The position numbers and the translations under genes were made by a program. Source: Selaginella moellendorffii (taxonomy: Eukaryota > Plantae > Lycopodiophyta). From it: 64,000 nt of DNA. The stretch lies in assembly GCF_000143415.4 (NCBI RefSeq), contig NW_003314386.1, forward strand, positions 228,852 through 292,851. The letters are read 5' to 3'. Below the pieces are notes generated by a model that was given only the letters and a program-made list of their open reading frames with translations, was not told where the DNA came from and searched no databases. Numbering within the stretch: position 1 is the stretch's first letter; each line of letters begins with the position of its first letter. This document shows, in pieces, positions 60,116-64,000 of the stretch.

Positions 60116-62446
60116 TCAATCGTCCAAGCTATCCATCAGCTCCGCCACTTCCGATTTGAGGTGAGTGTACTTTTGCTCGTGGGGAGCGAGGCGTGAATCG
60201 ATCTCCTTGCTGCTCATCTTCCTCTCGTACAAATCCACCGTGAGATTCAGCTTCTGGAGAAGCCTCTCGTGCTTCTCTTTCTCTTTCGTGATCAAGGCCT
60301 CCACCTGTAATGATCCTCAATTAGCAAACAAACGAATGGAAAGAAAAAAAACGTACCTTTGAGTTGACACTTGACGAGCGTGAAGTTGCTTGCAACGCTT
60401 CGTGAATGGCTTTCACTTCCTTGGACAGCGTTGCATCTACTAGTTTTTTGCTGGCTTTGCAAGGAGCAACGTCGCCGGTACGGGCGAGGTCACGCAATGC
60501 TGCCTCGAGCTTCTCAGCCTCGAAGAGCCGTCGTTTCATGAGCTTTTGGAAGCGTTGCAGAAGATCAAGGACCTAGTCACAGCAGATATTTATCGGTCAG
60601 AAAAAGAAAAGAAAAGAGAGGACTCTTAGATATATGCTCACCTCCTCTTGCTGGAGACGAGCTTGGTAAGCGGCAGAGGACTTCGATATTGGAAAATCGA
60701 AGTGCAAGTACGCCATGCAAGCTAAGAAGAAGCAGAAGAAGCCGAAAATGAGCATCAGTGGTTCCGCAAGCATGGCCAGAGGATTAAATTTGTATTTGAC
60801 CTGCAGGGATGATATCATTTTCTCAAGTTTTTCCGTCTGTGAAGACCTCATACCTGAAACGGTACATTGTGCTCGGCGACAACATTTTTCTTCGTGAGGA
60901 CGACGACTTTACGACCAACTGTATCTAAGTAGCTATGTTTCACCTGGAAAAAACAGCCACCCTGTTAAACATCAACTAAACTGGAGCAAGTTATATACCT
61001 CCTGATGTTGCTCATCCAAAGCTAATGGTGCTTCCACACTGGGATCTCTTGATCCCTCGGGCAGAACAACCTGAAACCATTGCGTTAGCAGCTCAACATG
61101 AACAAAATAGTAAGTTTAAGTACCTTTGTTGTAATCTTCTCCACAACTACGTCGACAAGAGGACTACCGAAGGTAAAGTTAAGGTAGCGGCTTCCATCAG
61201 GAGCCAAAAACACAAAATCTTGGAGAGGGACACTGTATCCCAAAGTAAACTTCACTTGCCAGCCTCCAAAAAGCGGATATCTTGGCTCAAACTCAACTAT
61301 CGTCTGCCAAGATCAAACAATCATACACTCGAAAACACGAGAGGAAAGAATTCGAAATACTTACTCTTTTAGGCTCGTTCCTGACATGAGAAGTAGAAAT
61401 GTTTCCAATCTCATCACGATAGTAGATCGAGTGTGCCCGTGGGGGCAAGATCGCGGCAAGATAGCGAAAGGCAGAAACACCATTTCCTTTAGCCTGATAA
61501 TCTAGCCTGCAAAAGTTCAGTTAGTCCAATAATCACTGAGGAAAATGAATAATTTACAGACTAACCTGGAAAATCCACCTTTCAGACGCGCTCCAGTATG
61601 CTTGAGGTGATAGTTCTCGGTAGCATACACGTTCCCCCAGTGCGAGATCTCGATCTCCTGCTCAAGTGTTTCCACTACTGCAAACGGCCGATTGTTCTCA
61701 AACTGGAGCGTCACAGGTGCTTGGCTGAGGGGCGAAACGTTCTCGTAAGGTCCATACTTGATCTCCTTGTCTCCCAACTTGGTCGGCTCCACTTTGGTAT
61801 AGGACTCCACACGGCTGCCTGGAAGCTTGAAGAAAGTTGTCTGGAACTTCACCAGATATGGAGAAAGCACGTATGCCGAGTCGTGGTATAGCACGAGCTG
61901 TGTCTCGGACTGACGAATCTCTCGTGGGAAGGGCGTCAGCGTATGTGTAAGCGCGTACTGGACATCGATGGTCGCTGCCTGGCCTTGCTCTAGAGATTTC
62001 TCTAGAGAGATTTCGAAGTAGACAGCATCGGAGCTCGGATCTTCCTTCTTCTCGACTTCTTTCACGGTTAGAGGCGCGGATTGTGTCCTCGACTTGCCTT
62101 TCACTGACACAGACGCGGCCGAGATATATGCGAGATGGTCGAATTGATCCTTGGAAAGCGCAAACAAGAACTTGGTCGCTGGATCGGATCCGGAATTTTC
62201 GATCTGGAAATGGAAGCGAGATTTACCAGGGATGACTGAGAATGAAATTACCTTGAAAGAAACGAGGGTTCTTGCCACTTGCGATGTCAGATCGACCTGC
62301 GAAACTCCCGATCAAAAGATTTCGAGAGAAATGCGGCAACATACCCGACGATCAAGCTTGGCGACCACTAAATCTTCAGCCAAGGCAGCGCCGGTGAGGA
62401 TCCACAGTGCCAGGCAGCCGATCAGGCACAGCGACGAAGCCGCCAT
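60116..62446 (-). CDS. RPN1: Ribophorin I (oligosaccharyltransferase subunit OST1/RPN1), multi-exon
   Basis: Signal peptide; LTPFPREIRQSETQ, YGPYEN, IEISHWGN..GARLKGGFSRL, IYYRDEIGNISTS, YLDTVGR, MLAEPLML TM segment, coiled-coil tail. Confidence 0.95.
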
Positions 62447-62526
62447 CAAAACCCTAGTGACCTAAGCCCAAGAACCCTAATTTCATTCACTGTAAGATAT
62501 GTAAAAAATGGAACAATTCTCTAGCC

Positions 62527-63089
62527 CTAATTTTCGAGCAGCGATCCCGCCGAGAAGCCATCATGCGCTGCCGCTGATCCGATCGGTGGCCTGTAGTTCT
62601 GGTGATTGATTTCTGGCGACGATGGCGCTGGGGGCGATAGATGCGAGGGGGATTTGCAGTGCTGCCCTAGGGCGATCGTCGTGGAGGCGTGCTGCATTCG
62701 CATACACACGATCTCGGCCTGGGATACCGCGAGCTGTGCCTGGAGCTGGGCAACTTGTTGCTGGAGCGCCGAGATTGCGCCTACGCAGCCATAGACAGGG
62801 TCCCGGATCCGCGAATTCGCCTCGTATACCATGCTGTTCACAGCGTCTGCCCGCTGGTACACTGGAAGATCCTGGAGAGAGAGAAGGAGGAGCTCGATTG
62901 ATCGATTCAAAGGGGCTTTCTTACCTGGAGCATCTTGTTCACATTGCTGGCGCCAAAGACTTTGTGGACGTAGGCGAATTTCTGGGGCTCGTCCGGCGGG
63001 AAGAATGGGGCGAAGATGCAATCCTTGGCGCAGCGCCTCCTCAGAAGCTTGCAAGCGGCGCACGGCGACATCCCTCCAGCTCCTGGCAT
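62527..63089 (-). CDS. LOB-domain (LBD/ASL class I) transcription factor, 2 exons (intron 62872-62924)
   Basis: CAACKLLRRRC..CIFAPFFP, VHKVFGASNV, RADAVNSMVYEA..RDPVYGCVG, leucine zipper. Confidence 0.95.
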
Positions 63090-63398
63090 GATCAAACCCG
63101 GATCGATGACCGACTGGAGGGATTTCTTCTTTTCTTTGGCGAGATCAAGCAAAGGAGAGATCTTCTCCGCGAGAATTCGTTGCTTGTTTGCGCTGTCTGG
63201 GAGCGAATGAATGAAGGGGGCATTAGGTATGTGATCTTCCCCATCACCGCGTGGACTTAATTTGTAACCACCGATCGTGGCGGTCTCCGGAATTGGAAAC
63301 TTGCGAGTAAATTTGCTCGTTATCGCAAGAACCCTAAAAAGCAGAGCCCGCTCTTTTTCAAAATATGGCGGGAAATTTAAAAGTTTCTTTTAGGGTTT

Positions 63399-64000
63399 AT
63401 GGGCGAGGGCCTCAAGGCGAGGCTGTTCGATGTCGTCAAGGCGTGTGGAATCTCCGGCAATCTCTTCAAATGCCGCGAGGCGCATCGCGAGCTGCTGGCC
63501 ACGGATTACTGCCGCGATCGATTCTTCGCGAATTTGCTTGTGGAGATGTATGGCAAGTGTGGATCCGTGGGCGAGGCGGCGGCGGTCTTCTCCACGATCG
63601 ATCGCCCCAATGTCTTCTCCTGGAACATCCTCCTCTCGGCATTTGCCCGGAATGGTCATCTGGAAGGGGCGCGGCGGACATTCGATGGCGCCACCGCCAG
63701 GAACGTGATCACCTGGAGCGAGATGATCACAGCCTACTGCTCCCATTCCAAGATCCACGAGGCGCTGGGGATGTTCCACCGGATCCCCCAGCGAAACATC
63801 GTCGCCTGGACAGCGATCCTCCAGGGATGTGCCAAAGCCGGGCGATTGGCCGATTCCGAGCGCGTCTTCTACTCGATCCCCCACAGCGAGTGCGATGTCA
63901 TCACTCTCACGGCGATGTTCACGGCTTACGCGAGCGGCGGCCAGATCGATCGAGCGCGCGCCATGTTTGACGCGATCCCGATTCCGGAGAGGGATATCAC
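63399..64000 (+). CDS. PLS-class PPR protein, 5' part (runs off the window)
   Basis: MGEGLK..DRFFANLLVEMYGKCGSVGEA..NVFSWNILLSAFARNG open to the window end. Confidence 0.88.
   Translation, partial: MGEGLKARLFDVVKACGISGNLFKCREAHRELLATDYCRDRFFANLLVEMYGKCGSVGEAAAVFSTIDRPNVFSWNILLSAFARNGHLEGARRTFDGATARNVITWSEMITAYCSHSKIHEALGMFHRIPQRNIVAWTAILQGCAKAGRLADSERVFYSIPHSECDVITLTAMFTAYASGGQIDRARAMFDAIPIPERDI

Overview
Compact eukaryotic (land-plant) nuclear DNA with very short introns (about 45-120 bp), a ciliary gene, many PLS/SS-type PPR loci and Gypsy/Copia LTR elements. This profile fits a lycophyte such as Selaginella, but the assignment is an inference. Recognisable genes: CFAP61 (3' part), PMI1/PMIR-like NT-C2 protein, tRNA-Lys(CTT), U1 snRNA with USE/TATA promoter, a RING-H2 protein, an alpha/beta hydrolase, organellar bL35, a PAN/Apple-domain surface protein, ribophorin I, an LBD transcription factor and several PPR genes. 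Pseudogenes: ZW10, inositol polyphosphate 5-phosphatase, cytochrome P450 and PPR. Mobile DNA: a solo LTR with a perfect TSD, a full non-coding LTR element of the same family nested in an older Gypsy, and Copia and hAT fragments. An inverted segmental duplication carries two TM+ARM (BLE2-like) genes. There is an assembly gap with pUC polylinker contamination beside it. The most unusual item is a pair of intact, intronless, very AT-rich paralogues (9430-10353, 13010-13936) encoding signal peptide + an unrecognised ~130-aa domain + GNA/bulb-type mannose-binding lectin, a candidate undescribed secreted defence protein family. All homology calls are from recalled motifs; no search was run.
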